Below are positions 26,229 through 40,820 of a stretch of DNA of 64,000 nucleotides, piece by piece. The DNA comes from Catajapyx aquilonaris (taxonomy: Eukaryota), in the NCBI GenBank assembly GCA_000934665.2, contig KZ538242.1, forward strand, positions 1 through 64,000, written 5' to 3'. The first letter of the stretch is position 1. Every line of letters starts with the position of its first letter. The position numbers and the translations under genes are program-made. The notes beneath the pieces were generated by a model. It was not told the origin of the DNA and did not search any database. It was given only the letters and a program-made list of their open reading frames with translations.

Positions 26229-27572
26229 CATGAGGAGATGGAAGGTAAAGGTGGCTCCCTTTCACCTCGAATCTTATTCCGAGGAAATGCAACTCATCAG
26301 ATTCGATTTGTATGGATGCAAATGTGATTCCTGGATTTCCTCCTTGTTATGGTATCTTGATGACTCATTTTGATGCAGGTGTTTGGCTCATTAGATGCAT
26401 CTTTACTTTTTTATATTTCACTATTTTAGTGGCAGTGCTAGCTCAAAACCAACAAAAAATAATATTAACATAGCCACTTTTAACTTCGACCTCCTCACAT
26501 GATTGTGCAGTGTTTGTTAAATGTAGCCGACATTATAAACACTGGAGAAATTTTTTATGAGCAACATATTTTAATTAAGGAGAACCCACGATGTCCAGTA
26601 CATGTAGAAATGAAATAATTTTGATACCTTTTTCCCATAATTTTGTCATAATTTCTTTACATTTTTGGAGGCTATTTTGTTGACAACCTTGAATGCTCCC
26701 AAAATTGTTAATATACTGTATATTCTTTATGACATATTGAATTCATTTTTGACATGCTTGAGACATAAAATAATGATGAATATTGTTTCCATCAGAAAAA
26801 ACAGTCCTGCATCATATAACTTCTGCCAATGCATCATATGAGGTTACCTCTATTACATGTTAATGTGAGAGAAGTGCTTTATTTTTTAGGAAGCATAATG
26901 CATGGATATGGTTAGCTTGGGCTGGTGGTGTGGTGGTTAGCGCCACAGCCTTCCGCGGGGGAAAAAGGTCAAGGTTAATAACTGTGCATTACTCTTTGAT
27001 TTCTGTCGCATTAAACCTTTGGTAGAATTGGCTTCTATCTTGGTCAAAAGGCCACAGATTGCTGCATCTAATTTTCTTGATGACGCTGGTGTTGACCCTT
27101 CTCAATATTAAATGTAATTTGTCGAAAAATATATTCTTGCAGTTGATCCCTGAAAACAGGTGTAAAAGTGGTTCACCAGGAAGACAATTGGTTGTATGAT
27201 TTTTAAAGATGTAAAATGAGCAATACCATTGTGTTAAAGACATTCATTCAAATAATGTGATTTACTTTACAAATGTGCCCAACCTTGTTGCTGCCTCATC
27301 ACAGATTCAAACGTACAATAAAAAGCAGGAAGAGCGAAAGAAATGTTCTAATTGACAATAAAATATTTCAAGCATTTTAATTTTTAGATTTGCAATTAAT
27401 CATATTTAGCTGCACTTACCTTACAACAGAACCAACTCTTTGCTTTTGCCACCATGTATAAAAATTAAATACTGTACATTACCACCATGTAGTAATAAAA
27501 TAACAATAAGTATTATTGTTATTTTATTGTTTCTCTTTTGTTTTGGAACAATTTCTATATTTTTTTTTCTTA

Positions 27573-27719
27573 GGGCCGTTTTCTCGAACAGTGGTTCAAA
27601 TGTAAACCCGGTTCAAAGCCTGTTTAAACCCTTGACAACAGCCTAACAACAATCAAATCAGGGATTAAACTGGCTTTGAACCCGGTTAACATTTGAACCA
27701 CTGTTCGAGAAAACGGCCC
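27573..27719. mobile_element. Palindromic MITE, Harbinger-like
   Basis: Perfect TIR gggccgttttctcgaacagtggttcaaatgt with TTA duplication. The empty site is at ~44668. Confidence 0.85.
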
Positions 27720-28225
27720 TTACAGGATGTCATAAAGACTACAAGTGGCTACACATAAAAACCATGGAATTCATGTGTAAATATTTAACATTTAATTCAT
27801 ACAGTCACTGGATTGACCATTAGTGTCCTACAGCTTTCGAACCACAAAGAATTTTAGGCTGACTCTGCACTTTGATATGAGAATGTGTCAGAAAATATCA
27901 GTGGGGGAGAAAAATTGCACACAAAAATATTGTCAATATCAAAGTGTCAGTGTGAAATGTTCATATGTCACGAGTTCATATGGTCATTTGTTCCGAGTGA
28001 CCTAACGAACGTGAAAATAACAGAATTTCCATGGACAAAAAAAAATAATCCGAGATGGCAACTGTCTATTTCCGTTAGAAGACTGTTCTTCTGAAGATTT
28101 CCTTCCATTTCCCCTTCCTTTAGACACCATTTCCTTCCCTTTTCCAGCTCTCTTCTGATATGGCATCATCTGGACCATCAGTCGAATATCAGAACCGAAC
28201 TGATGAAGACTCTAGGCTTGAAGAA

Positions 28226-28902
28226 ATGGCTCCAGTCACCCTGGAGTCTCTGATGGAAGTCTCCCTTGGCAACAGGAGGCTTCTGGAGTGTTTGGTCTCC
28301 AGGATGGACTGTCAGGAGGCCATCGGGAGGATGGAGGGGTGGATGAACAGAGCTGGAGGTGGGAGAGACGGAGCAAGTATGCAAGGTGAAGCATGAGCAT
28401 TTTCCATGATCATTCTGAACCACTTTGTACGGGTGTGCATCGGATATTAATGCGTCTTGCATTCCAGAAGTTGCTTCAGGCCAGCTGCTTCCCACCGAGT
28501 TTGTTTCTGTCAACACGGGAAATGCAGGCAGTGAGTCGATGCCTGCGTGTAAGATTGAAACAAAAATAAAATTGGAGGAAGAGGATTGGGAACCAGATAA
28601 GGTGAGGAGAGGTCAGGGGAACTTGAAGGATCAAGTTATGCTGGTTTCTGGCAGTGAAATGTTAATTTTGCAAAATGTGTTGTTATTTTTTTTAGGGGAG
28701 CTGGAATAGAGACTTGGAGGTAGAGACAACCAAAAACATCAGTGAAACTGCTGCCCCTGTCGGCAATGCTGATTCAGAAGCTACATCACCTGATCATCCA
28801 GTCATTGGAGAAGTTCATTCCCATGGGATTCAAGGAATACACCTGCGTCAAGAGGAAGAACTTGAACAGGAGAAGGGCATGGAGAGTGAGTCATGGACCC
28901 AG
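28226..28902 (+). pseudogene. Finger-less paralog (head, exon 2, exon 3/4); downstream part replaced by a SINE and a piggyBac fragment
   Basis: The head is MAPVTLESL with one Trp codon deleted. The exon-2 acceptor is mutated (..gtacg instead of ..gtaag). No finger exon occurs before the next unit. Confidence 0.65.
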
Positions 28903-29013
28903 GTACCAAAAGCTGCTCACGTCACCTAATCTTATTCCTAGAAAACACATCTCATCAGTTTCAATTTGTGTGAGCTGCAAATGTGATTCCCAGATTTCAA
29001 CTTCAATCTCCGG

Positions 29014-29260
29014 TGCAAGGAGTCAAGGATGTAGGGTAGGAGTAGGGATTTTTTGGGGAGGGAACATGGGTGCAAGTGCATTGTCTCAAATTGGGTCATG
29101 TGCTGTTCCCCAGGAGGTTAGGTTGCCAGACACCTCCTTGGTGCAGGTCAGAGACCCTCCTGACGCAGGTGAAAGGAAAGTTCCCCAGGCGGGGATCGAA
29201 GCTGGGGCCTTTCACTCAGCAAGCCGAGACGTTACCATCTCGGCCATCTACACCTCCCCC
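29014..29260 (-). mobile_element. tRNA-derived SINE
   Basis: The minus strand begins ggaggtgtagaTGGCCGAGATGGtaa (A box)...gcTTCGATCCC (B box), followed by a non-tRNA body. A second copy is at 2082. Confidence 0.7.
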
Positions 29261-29359
29261 TGATGTCGCAGTGCTTGTAGCCGATATTCTAAAGCAGGAA
29301 ATATTTTTTAGGGGCTTCAAATTTCAATTAGACAACCCACAATGTAAATGAAGGGGTTA

Positions 29360-29770
29360 ATTTTTTTAAATGTTTCCCATACCATCAACACCGCACCTCT
29401 GAATGCATACATTATTTATCTGCAGGCTAATGACAGCCACATATCAAGAAGGACATTCCTGCATCAGCTGGGTCGATCTCTCCTCCCCACCCAGCATTTG
29501 AGGCTGATGGTAGATGACCACCACCTACCCGGAGAAGCGAGGAAGAGGATCATGGAGCTCACCAACACACCCGTGAATCCCACTCCATTGCCCCAGCCAC
29601 CTGCAAAAAAGTCCCGACAGCGGTGTGTCCTTTGTGACAGGTCCAAGGACAGGAAGCTCAGGACAAAATGCGATGAGTGCCACCAGTCTGTATGTGTACA
29701 GCACTCCACGAAACGCACCTACGTAGTATGCCAAGTATGCCTGAAACCTGATGAGATTGGTAGATTATAA
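29360..29770 (+). mobile_element. piggyBac (PGBD-like) transposase C-terminal fragment with cysteine-rich domain
   Basis: NAYIIY..SRRTFLHQLGRSLL...RQRCVLCDRSKDRKLRTKCDECHQSVCVQH is a typical piggyBac C-terminus. Confidence 0.85.
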
Positions 29771-30344
29771 TTGTCCATTACAGGATGTCATGAAGACAAA
29801 CAATTGGTTACACTTTAATATATTAAAAAAATATGGAATTCATACGTAAATATTTCACATTTAATTATTATGTACATCATTTGGTTGACCATGAGTGTTC
29901 TACACTTTCAAGTGCAAATAGTTTTGGCTGACTGACTGTGTATCTTATTGCTTCCGTGTGAACATTGAAATCCATTATATACTGTACGTACATATCTCTG
30001 TTGTCTGCCATTATCATCTCTTGCACATCCAAGGATCAAGTAGAATCCTGTATGTCCGCATTTTTTAAACACTATAATAAACTACAACAACAACAACAAC
30101 AACAGTTGACTCCGGATGTAACAAACCTGGGTTTCTGAGACGGCGATAGGAACACGCCCTCTTCCACACAATCCAAGATGGCGACCGTCTCTTTCCTTTA
30201 AGAAGACTGTTCCTTTGAAGCATTTCCTTTCCATTTCCGCCTCCTTTGGACCCCCTTCCTTCCATCTGTCCATCTCCCTTCTGATCCAGCATCATCTGGA
30301 CCATATCATCCGAACATCTGAGGACTCTTAGAGGTGCACAAGCC

Positions 30345-32649
<2,305 letters not shown>

Positions 32650-32987
32650 AGTTGTGCCATGTGTGATATGTTTATGATATTTGCATAAAAATTAATATTG
32701 CAATAGGGGTAGCGTCTTCAAATTTATTTAAAAATTGTGACCTTGAAAGGAATGCCATCAGTAGGAACATACCCTTCGAACAGTTTCGTGATGGCGGTAG
32801 GAACACACCCGCAGGAATTCCAAGATGGCGGCCGTCTCTTTCCTTTAAGAAGACTGTTCCTCGGAAGCATTTCCTTTCCATTTCCGCCTCCTTTTGGACC
32901 CCCTTCCTTCTCTTCTGGTCCAGCATCATCTGGACCATCTGTCGAACATCCTGATCCGGACTGAGGACTCTTAGAGGTGCACAAGCC

Positions 32988-35941
32988 ATGTCTCCAGTCA
33001 CCCTGGAGTCTCTGATGGAAGTCTCTCTAGGCAACAGGAGGCTTCTGGAAGGGTTGATGTCACGAATGGACTGGTGCCAGGAGGCCATAGGGAGGGTGGA
33101 GGGGTGGATGAAGAAGAAGAAGCGTGGAAGGGAAGGTACGCATGAAGGAGGAACAAGGGTGTGCATCAGGAATTAATGCGTCTTGCATTCCAGAAGTTGT
33201 GTCAAGCCAGTTGCTTCCCACCGAGTTTGTTTCCGTCAACACTGGAGATGCCGGCAGCGAGTCATTGCCTGCGTACGACATTGAAACAGAAATAAAAGTG
33301 GAGGAAGAGGACTGGGCATCGCAGCAGGTGAGGACAGAAAGGGAACATGAAGGATAAAGTGCTGATAGACTACGGTCCATGTACGTGGGTTGATTCATGC
33401 ATCATTGCGCGTATTTTAAAATTCAAAAACGGTGACACATACAGAGATGACCGTTGCCGAGTTTTGAAGATCCTGCGCAGGGATCTGGCAATTACAAAAG
33501 GGAAGTTGGCATTCTCACTGGTTCCTCGCCATGTCTTTGAGGTGCAAAAGTGCGACCATTTTGTCCTCACTTGGAACTCTATCGCATTGCAGGCGATGGT
33601 CTTTTAAAACTGTTGGTGGCGATGGATGACACATGACTCAGGTTATAGTGCTCTGACTTGCTCCACACTCAAAAGCAAGCTCCTGTGTTGTCCATCTCCG
33701 AGTGTCCCGCATGCAACAGCTCCAAGCGCATCAGGCTCGGGTCATCTTAGGGCGATGGTCCGGTGAGGGGATCAGGATCCCCTTTTGTTTTCCTGCCCCC
33801 CTTGCGATGTGGTCGGCACTAGAATTGCCATAACAACCATTGTTGACAACAACCCAAAAGTAAGGGTTTTTTGCGGAAAAACCGGATTTGTAATCTGCTT
33901 GGTGATAAAGGCAGTAAGCTGCGTTTACATGTGAGCGATTTGACGAGTGAATTCTTCGCTTGGCGGTAACATTGCTGAGTAACCCAAGTAACCAGTATTG
34001 TTTCAGCCGAAAATCGATTGTTACTTTCACCTCGAACAATATTGGTTACTACACTCTGCTCCACTTATCAAATCGCTCACACTGTCAACGCGACTTTAAT
34101 TCAAGGATTTTTGCCACATTGGTTCATCGGAGATGTAAGTTTCACACAATGAATCACTGGTCATGGGACATTGTCTTATTGGGACAGGTGATTGGGACAG
34201 TTTGCAATATGGATCTGGGGGAGTTACTTAAAAAAGCAATGAAAGTGCATGTAACTTTGTTAGTCAATTAAATAAAATGAGTTGTTATTTTATTTGTAGG
34301 GGAGCTGGAATAGAGACTTGGAAGCAGAGGGAGCCAAAAACATGAGTGAAATTGCTGCCCTTGTCGGCAATGCCGATTCAGAAGCTACATCACCTGATCT
34401 TCCAGTCATTGCAGAAGTTCATTCCTGTGGGATTCAAGGATCGCACCTGGTTCAAGAGGGAACATTGAAGCAGGACACGGGCATGGAGAGTGAGTCATGG
34501 AGCCAGGTACGGTCATTACTTGATTACTTCCGGAGACAGAAGCCGAAGTGGCTTCTCCCCTTTTCCCATCGATTTCCTCAGTTCTGATATTAATAACTAC
34601 ACTACATCACTACACTCTCATCTTTCCACAGGCCTCGACTTCTGCAACCTGGGAGAACACTGAGTCCATCAAAGTTGAGGAGATTCCATTAGAGGCAAGT
34701 GTTTCACATTATAATTTACCACATGGTCATCGTAAAAGAGTAAAGATGAGGATGCAGTTTGCTATAAGTAATGTGAAGATAATTGATGAGAACGAGGGCA
34801 GATATAGATTCACTAGAAGTCCTATTGAATATTCCAGGTTGATGAAACAGAAAACGCGGAAATCGGTGACCCGATCTTGTCAGTGAATAAGGCCAGTGAT
34901 GAGTGTGTCCCATCTGCTGACCCTCATCGTGGCTCAAGTCGGAAAAAAAACCAAAGGCAACAAAGTAAGGTAAGTATTTCTTAATGTATCAGGGGCCAAA
35001 TGTAATTCCTGGAAAATCAGGTTATTTTTCCAGTTAACTTTAACATGTACTTAACATGATTCTTAGTGAGTACAGCATTGGTGTAAGACCAGATTTTTCA
35101 CCAGAATAAATGAATTTATTGTATCTAGCTCATACCCCCTCATATTAAACCATTGATTGGTGTAATTGGGTTCTCTCTTGGATTAGCTCATGCTAATGTT
35201 CGTCATCACCACAACTTCAGATCAATCTAAAACTTGCAATGCTGATTCCCACCTGCTTTACTTTTGAATTTATTGCAGCACAAGCAACTATTGCAGCCAA
35301 CTGAGACTGAGAGTTCAAATGACGCTGATGGCTTCTCTGCTAAGTACCAAGGGACTTCTGGTGCTTTGGAAACAGTAAAGGGAAAGAAGCTGCCAGGGAA
35401 GAAATGGCATCAGTGTGATCAATGCTCGTATAAGACTCAACACACGGGGTCATTCAACAAGCATAAAATTGTTCACAGAAGTGGTGAAAAGCCTTTTGGT
35501 TGCACTTCTTGTGAAAAGAGATTTACGTCAAGCCAGTCCTTGAAAGTGCATCATCAGGCTGTCCATCTTGGTATTACTCCTTATTCTTGTGAAGAGTGTG
35601 ATAGGAAATTTCGTGATAAGAGGGACTTGGAAGAGCACAAGATCATTCACACCGGCCAAAAGCAGCATTCATGTGAAGTATGCAAAAAATCCTTTACTCT
35701 AGCTAGACACTTGGGGTATCACATGCAAATTCACACCGGGGAGAGAGAGTTACACACTTGCATCTATTGTGGCAAAGGGTTCACTAGCGAATCTAAATTG
35801 GTTGTACATATGAGGATTCACACTGGCGAGAAGCCGTATTCTTGTGACATTTGCCAGAAGACGTTTTCTCGCCGCGATTCCTTAACTTCTCACAAAAAAT
35901 CCCACAGAGAAGCAAAGGTCGTAGAGTTGCGCCATGTCTGA
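32988..35941 (+). CDS. Head + six-finger ZNF gene; exons 32988-33135, 33158-33327, 34300-34506, 34632-34694, 34838-34969, 35279-35941 (22-nt intron 1 required)
   Basis: All exons are open. The frame between head and exon 2 is restored only by removing GTACGC...AACAAG (33136-33157). Confidence 0.75.
33384..33830 (-). mobile_element. Decayed, internally deleted mariner-like element
   Basis: The minus-strand DTRRWTTQELAFECGASQSTI resembles the mariner HTH. TA|CGTGGGTTGATTCA forms a TIR-like end at 33382. The segment is absent from paralogous introns. Confidence 0.5.
33917..34095. mobile_element. MITE (GCGTTTACATGTGAGCGATTTGA family)
   Basis: Imperfect TIRs gcgtttacatgtgagcgatttga / tcaaatcgctcacactgtcaacgc. 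Confidence 0.65.
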
Positions 35942-38444
35942 TGAAACATTTTTGCTGCCTTACCTGTCGGAAAACATGTTAATGCAAACTGCTGTTACAC
36001 CTTCTCACATTCGGTGCAACTTGTGTCAGAATATGCATTCTTGCAGATTATTCCTGAATGAACATGTAAAAGTCATTCCGCAGGGAATTCTTTGTGTTGA
36101 TGACAGTCATTCAAATAATGGGACTGGCGGGACCTACAAGTCCCTACTTTTCATACTGAAAGTGTTGCATTCATGGGTAAATAGTTTATATTGAATTTAT
36201 GAGTAAATGTCCTCCACTTTTTAGCGCAAAGGGTTACTGAGGGACTGCCTGTTATTATTTGGAAATAAAGTGCTGCTGTGTGAACATCAATATTATTCTG
36301 AGTTTTTGTCATTCCTTCGCTGGCTGCCGCAGTTATAACTGTTTCGTAGGACAATTGGTTTTATTTGATTGTAATGTACGTGTCAGTACGGATGGAACAC
36401 GGTTGATTGCACAACCACGACTGATTGGCAATTGATATCAGAATGTCGGTGACAAATGTTCATGCATCACTCACTGGTCATTATAATTAACATTAACAAA
36501 TAAATTCACAGTATTTAATGTATGATGCTGTGAATCCAGTTGATTTTATTTCCAACACTGCCATTCCATTGATAACATCGGCCAGAACGCACCCTGCGAA
36601 CTGTTTCTCAGACGGCGATAGGAACACGCCCTCAGGAATCCAATCCAAGATGGCGACCGTCTCTTTCCTTTAAGAAGACTGTTCCTCTGAAGCATTTCCT
36701 TTCCATTTCCGCCTCCTTTTGGACCCCCTTCCTTCAGATCCAACTCCAGGATTTGACTGGCATCATCTGGTCTTCCCTTGCCGACATCAGAATCCGGACT
36801 GAAGGCTCTAGGTTTGAAGCAATGGCTGCTCCAGTCACCCTGGAGTCTCTGATGGAAGTGTCTCTTGGCAACAGGAGGCTTCTGGAATTGTTGGTCTCCA
36901 GGGTGGACTGGTGTCAGGAGGCCATCGGGAGGGTGGAGGGGTGGATGAAGAAGCATGGAGGGGAAGGGGCAGAAGGTGAAGCACGTACTGAGCATTTCCA
37001 TGATAATACTGAATCACTTTTTTAAGGGCGTGCCTTCCATTTCAGAAGTTGCTTCAGGCCAGTCCCTTCCCATTGAGTTTGTTTCTGTCAACACTGGAGA
37101 TAAAAGCAGCGAGTCAATGCCTGCGTGTGACATTGAAACGGAAATTAAAGTGGAGGAAGAGGATTGGGAACCATCAGACATGGTATGGTCAGGGGGTAGA
37201 TCGCATGAAGGGTCAAGCGCTCGTAGACTCTAGTGGTGAAATGTCAGGTTTTCAATTTATTTGATGTTGTTTTTGTGGATGACCACCTCCACCTTAAAGT
37301 AGCAATAAGTGGTTTATTCATGTAGTTAAAAATTTTGATGATAAATTGACAGAAAAATAAGCACTTGAGGCATTAAATGATTCATGGCATTTTGCCATGT
37401 TGGTTCATGGTAGACGTGAGTGTCACGTAATTAAGCACTGGTCATATGGGACATTGGGTTATTGTGACACATGATTGGAAACACAGTTTGCAAAATGGGG
37501 TTGGGAGAGTAAGTAGAAAAATTTAAAGTGCCAGTACTTAGTCAATTGAATAAAATGTGTTAATATTTTTTTCCAGGGGATCTGGAATAGGAACATGGAA
37601 GCAGAGACGGCCAAAAATATGAGTGAAATTGCTGCCCTTGACAGCAATGTTGTTTCAGAAGTCAGACATGCAGCAGGTATGACACATTGTCTAATGTGCA
37701 TGTTGAAGGCCTACTGGAGTTGAAACCATGCTTTAAAATGTGCCAGTTTCAGTGCTGTTAATAATCCTCCGAATATGTTGAATCTTGATTTGCTGAGCAT
37801 GAACCTTGTCCTGGAAGTTGGGAAGTATCATTTGGACCAAGCAGGAATAATATTGTCAGAGGTGGTCAGAGCAGTTCAGGGTTAAACTGGATATGCTTAG
37901 CTTACCCACTTTGTGTGTCAATCTGACTCAGCTGTTTTTTTGTGTTCACTTGGAGGTGGAGCAGATTCCTCAACTGATCTTCCAGTCAATGAAGAAGTTC
38001 ATTCTTATGAGATTCAAGGATTGGACTTGCTTCAAGAGGGAACAGCGAAGCAGGAGACAGGCACGGAGAGTGAGTCATTGAGCCAGGTATGGTCATTACT
38101 TGATTGCATGAGGAGATGGAAGCCAAAAGTGGCTCTCTTTCACCTCGAATCATATTCCGAGGAAATGCATCTATTCAGATTCGATTTGTATGGATGCAAA
38201 TGTGATTCCTGGATTTCAGGTTGATGAAATGGAAAAGGCTGAAATTGGCGACCTGAACTTGCATGTGACTTACTCCAGCGATGAACATGCCCCATCTGCT
38301 CACTCCGCTGATGATCCTGATTCTAGCTCAAGTGGGAACAAAAACCAAAGGCTACAAATGAAGGTAAGTTTGAAGTGGTATTAAGCAAATCATGGCCAAA
38401 CACAACTGAAAGTGTTTTTGCCAGTTAACTTGAATCGTAACAGA

Positions 38445-39652
38445 GGCAGTGAGAGAGGGACATTATGTATTTTTTTGACCAATACTTCACTTCGATTCCT
38501 CTTCTAAAACAACTAGCTAAAAAAGGAATCGCGGGTACGGGAACGATTCTGATCAATAGAATTCCGAAAAAAACAAATCCAGTTAAGGAAGGACAAGGAG
38601 ATGATGAAGGAGGGCCGAGGGTCCTATGATCAGATGGTACAGGAAGACGGGGAACTGGTGATTGTAAAATGGCTTGACAACAAACCTGTCTGTATGGGAT
38701 CCAATTTCATCGACTCTCAACCTGTGGGCCAGTGTGACAGATGGTCCGAAAGGGATTGCATATACATTACAGTTCAATGCCCGTCTATTGTTTGAATTTA
38801 CTATTTAAAAATGAGCAGGGTTGATCTTGGTGACAGAATGCTCCGCTTCTTTAGCATGTCTGCCAGGACCAAGAAGTGGACGGTCCGCACAATAATGAAT
38901 TTCATCGATTTAATGATCGTAAATGCATGGTTTGAGTATCAAAAGGACCAGGCAGCAATTGGTGCACTAAGTAAATTGATATTTCAGCTCCTTGATTTTA
39001 AGTTGAAGGTAGCTGAAAGCCTCGTAAGAGCTGTTGAAGAAGAGGAGAAGGATTGTGAAGATGATGGACCAGTAGTGCCGGTACCGAAGAAGAAGAAGAA
39101 AATTGTACCATTGCCTTCCACTCCCCAACGTAAAGAGCATGCTTGGCACATGCCAGAAGTAGTGAAAATGAAACACTTTGCAAAATGCAGGCTGCCTACA
39201 TGCAAGCAGAGGAGCCGCACGAGGTGCAGCAAGTGCAAAGTATTTTTGTGCCTCACTGCAGAGAGAAATTGTTTCAAAGAATTTCATTTATGAAATTTAG
39301 GTCATTAAAATGGTCCTCTGAGAGAAAAAAGAAAGTGTGTCATTCCTATTTTACAATTTCCACTTCCACAATTAAATGTAATTATAAATATAACATAATA
39401 CATATTATATGTAATATAATTAGAATTACAAATATATTATAATGAATAATTACATATAATTATATTTACAAATTTCAGGCATTTTCAATAATTGAATTTT
39501 GTAGAGAGGGTAATATCACATTGAATTTTTCGCAAAACTGAAGTGTGCAAATATTTCGCAATCCTTTTTTCTTGCTCTTGGCAGAATGTAGAGTTAAAAA
39601 ATTACTCTGGCAAGTATATTCTGTAAGTATTTTTGTCTTGGGTCTCAGGAGG
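38445..39652 (+). mobile_element. 5'-truncated piggyBac transposon with a disrupted transposase and an intact right end
   Basis: Reads YFFDQYFTSIPLL..GTGT, a frameshift at ~38575, KEGRGSYD..WLDNKPV, an in-frame TGA at 38793, VDLGD..KKW and a C-terminal Cys-rich domain. It ends ggtctcaggagg|TTAA at 39652. Confidence 0.88.
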
Positions 39653-39752
39653 TTAAATAGCATACCAAGTACTGTTCATAATATTTATGAATTATTGGGT
39701 TAAGTAACGTTGAAAAAAAAAAAAACGTGTTTTGTGTTTTGATCATGACATA

Positions 39753-40172
39753 CGGGGGTGAATCAAAAAATAACATTTAAAATTACGAAGCCTCACTCCA
39801 GAAACTTAAACTGACATGCACGTACGAAAGGGCAAGTCTCTCTCTGCTTTCCAACACAATCGCAACACGCAGTGATGCACTAATCCCACCGCGATGCTAG
39901 ATTTACAAGCCACAGCATCAAAAAGCTTCACGCTTGCTGCGAAGTAAGTAGAAAGCGGCCTTGTTTCCCTTCCTTGTTGTTGCTGATGCTTTTTCATTGG
40001 TTTGAGTAGATGATAATTATCACTTGGGGCGAAGCCAGGGCTACAAGGCGTTGTGCATTAATGTCAAAAAGTAGAGAAAGATGTGCCCTTTCATATGTGT
40101 ATGCCAGTTTCAATTTATGTGGTGAAAATTTGTAATAAAACAAGTTGTGCATTACTTTTTGATTTGCCATCG
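39753..40172. mobile_element. Non-autonomous mariner-derived element
   Basis: TA|cgggggtgaatcaaaaa ... tttttgatttgccatcg|TA, with internal inverted repeats. Homologous remnants lie at 16640-16993, 48160-48310 and 52440-52634. Confidence 0.7.
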
Positions 40173-40820
40173 TATTAAAACTTTGGTAGAATTGTGGTTT
40201 CTATCTTGGTTTGAAGAAAGGCCACAGATCATTCTAATGTTCTTAATCACCACAACTTATTGAGATCAACGTTAAAATTTGAAGTGCTCATTCCTACCTC
40301 GCTTACTGTTGAATTATTTGTAGCGCAAGTAGGAGCAAGGGCATAGAGTTGTGCCATGTGCCATATATGTGACATTTGCTGCCTTGGATATGACAATGTC
40401 AAAGGTCAATATCAATGGGGGGAAAAAAATCATTTAAAATGTAAAAATCAAAGTGTCAGTGTGACATGCTCATATGAACTTGTCTATTGTTCAATATTAA
40501 CAAATTCACAGAATTTAATAAACTGGTGATGCACATTCACTGGACAAATAACTCTGTTTCCAACCCTGGTCAATCCGTTGAACACACCGGTCGGAAGGCA
40601 CCCTACTCACTGTTTCACAAGCAGCGATATGAACGCGCCCTCTAAAATCCAATCCAAGATGGCGACCGTCTCTTTCCTTTAAGAAGACTGTTCCTCTGAA
40701 GCATTTCCTTCCATTTCCACCTCCTTTGGTGTCCTGCCTTCCTTTTTTCAACTCGATTCTGATCCAGCATCATCTGGACCATCAGTCGAACATCTGAGGA
40801 CTCTTAGAGGTGCACAAGCC

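Larger units (their letters stand above)
36822..40346 (+). pseudogene. ZNF paralog with frameshifted exon 2, a piggyBac insertion in the last intron, and the entire finger array deleted
   Basis: At 40321-40346 the terminal-exon acceptor (tag|cgcaag) is joined directly to the end-of-gene sequence (ggagcaagggcatag). The start of exon 2 is deleted out of phase. Confidence 0.75.

Noticed and set aside
26918..26960. tRNA-like start (ggctggtggtgtggtggttagcgcc)
   Set aside because: Only an A-box-like piece with no B box. It is probably a truncated SINE head and too short to call.
29180..29260. tRNA gene on the minus strand
   Set aside because: A and B boxes are present, but I could not form a full cloverleaf. 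It continues into a body shared with 2082-2250, so a SINE fits better.
30085..30103. (CAA)n microsatellite, and the poly-G tract at 18391-18415
   Set aside because: These are ordinary simple repeats. The G tract also contains an ambiguous base.
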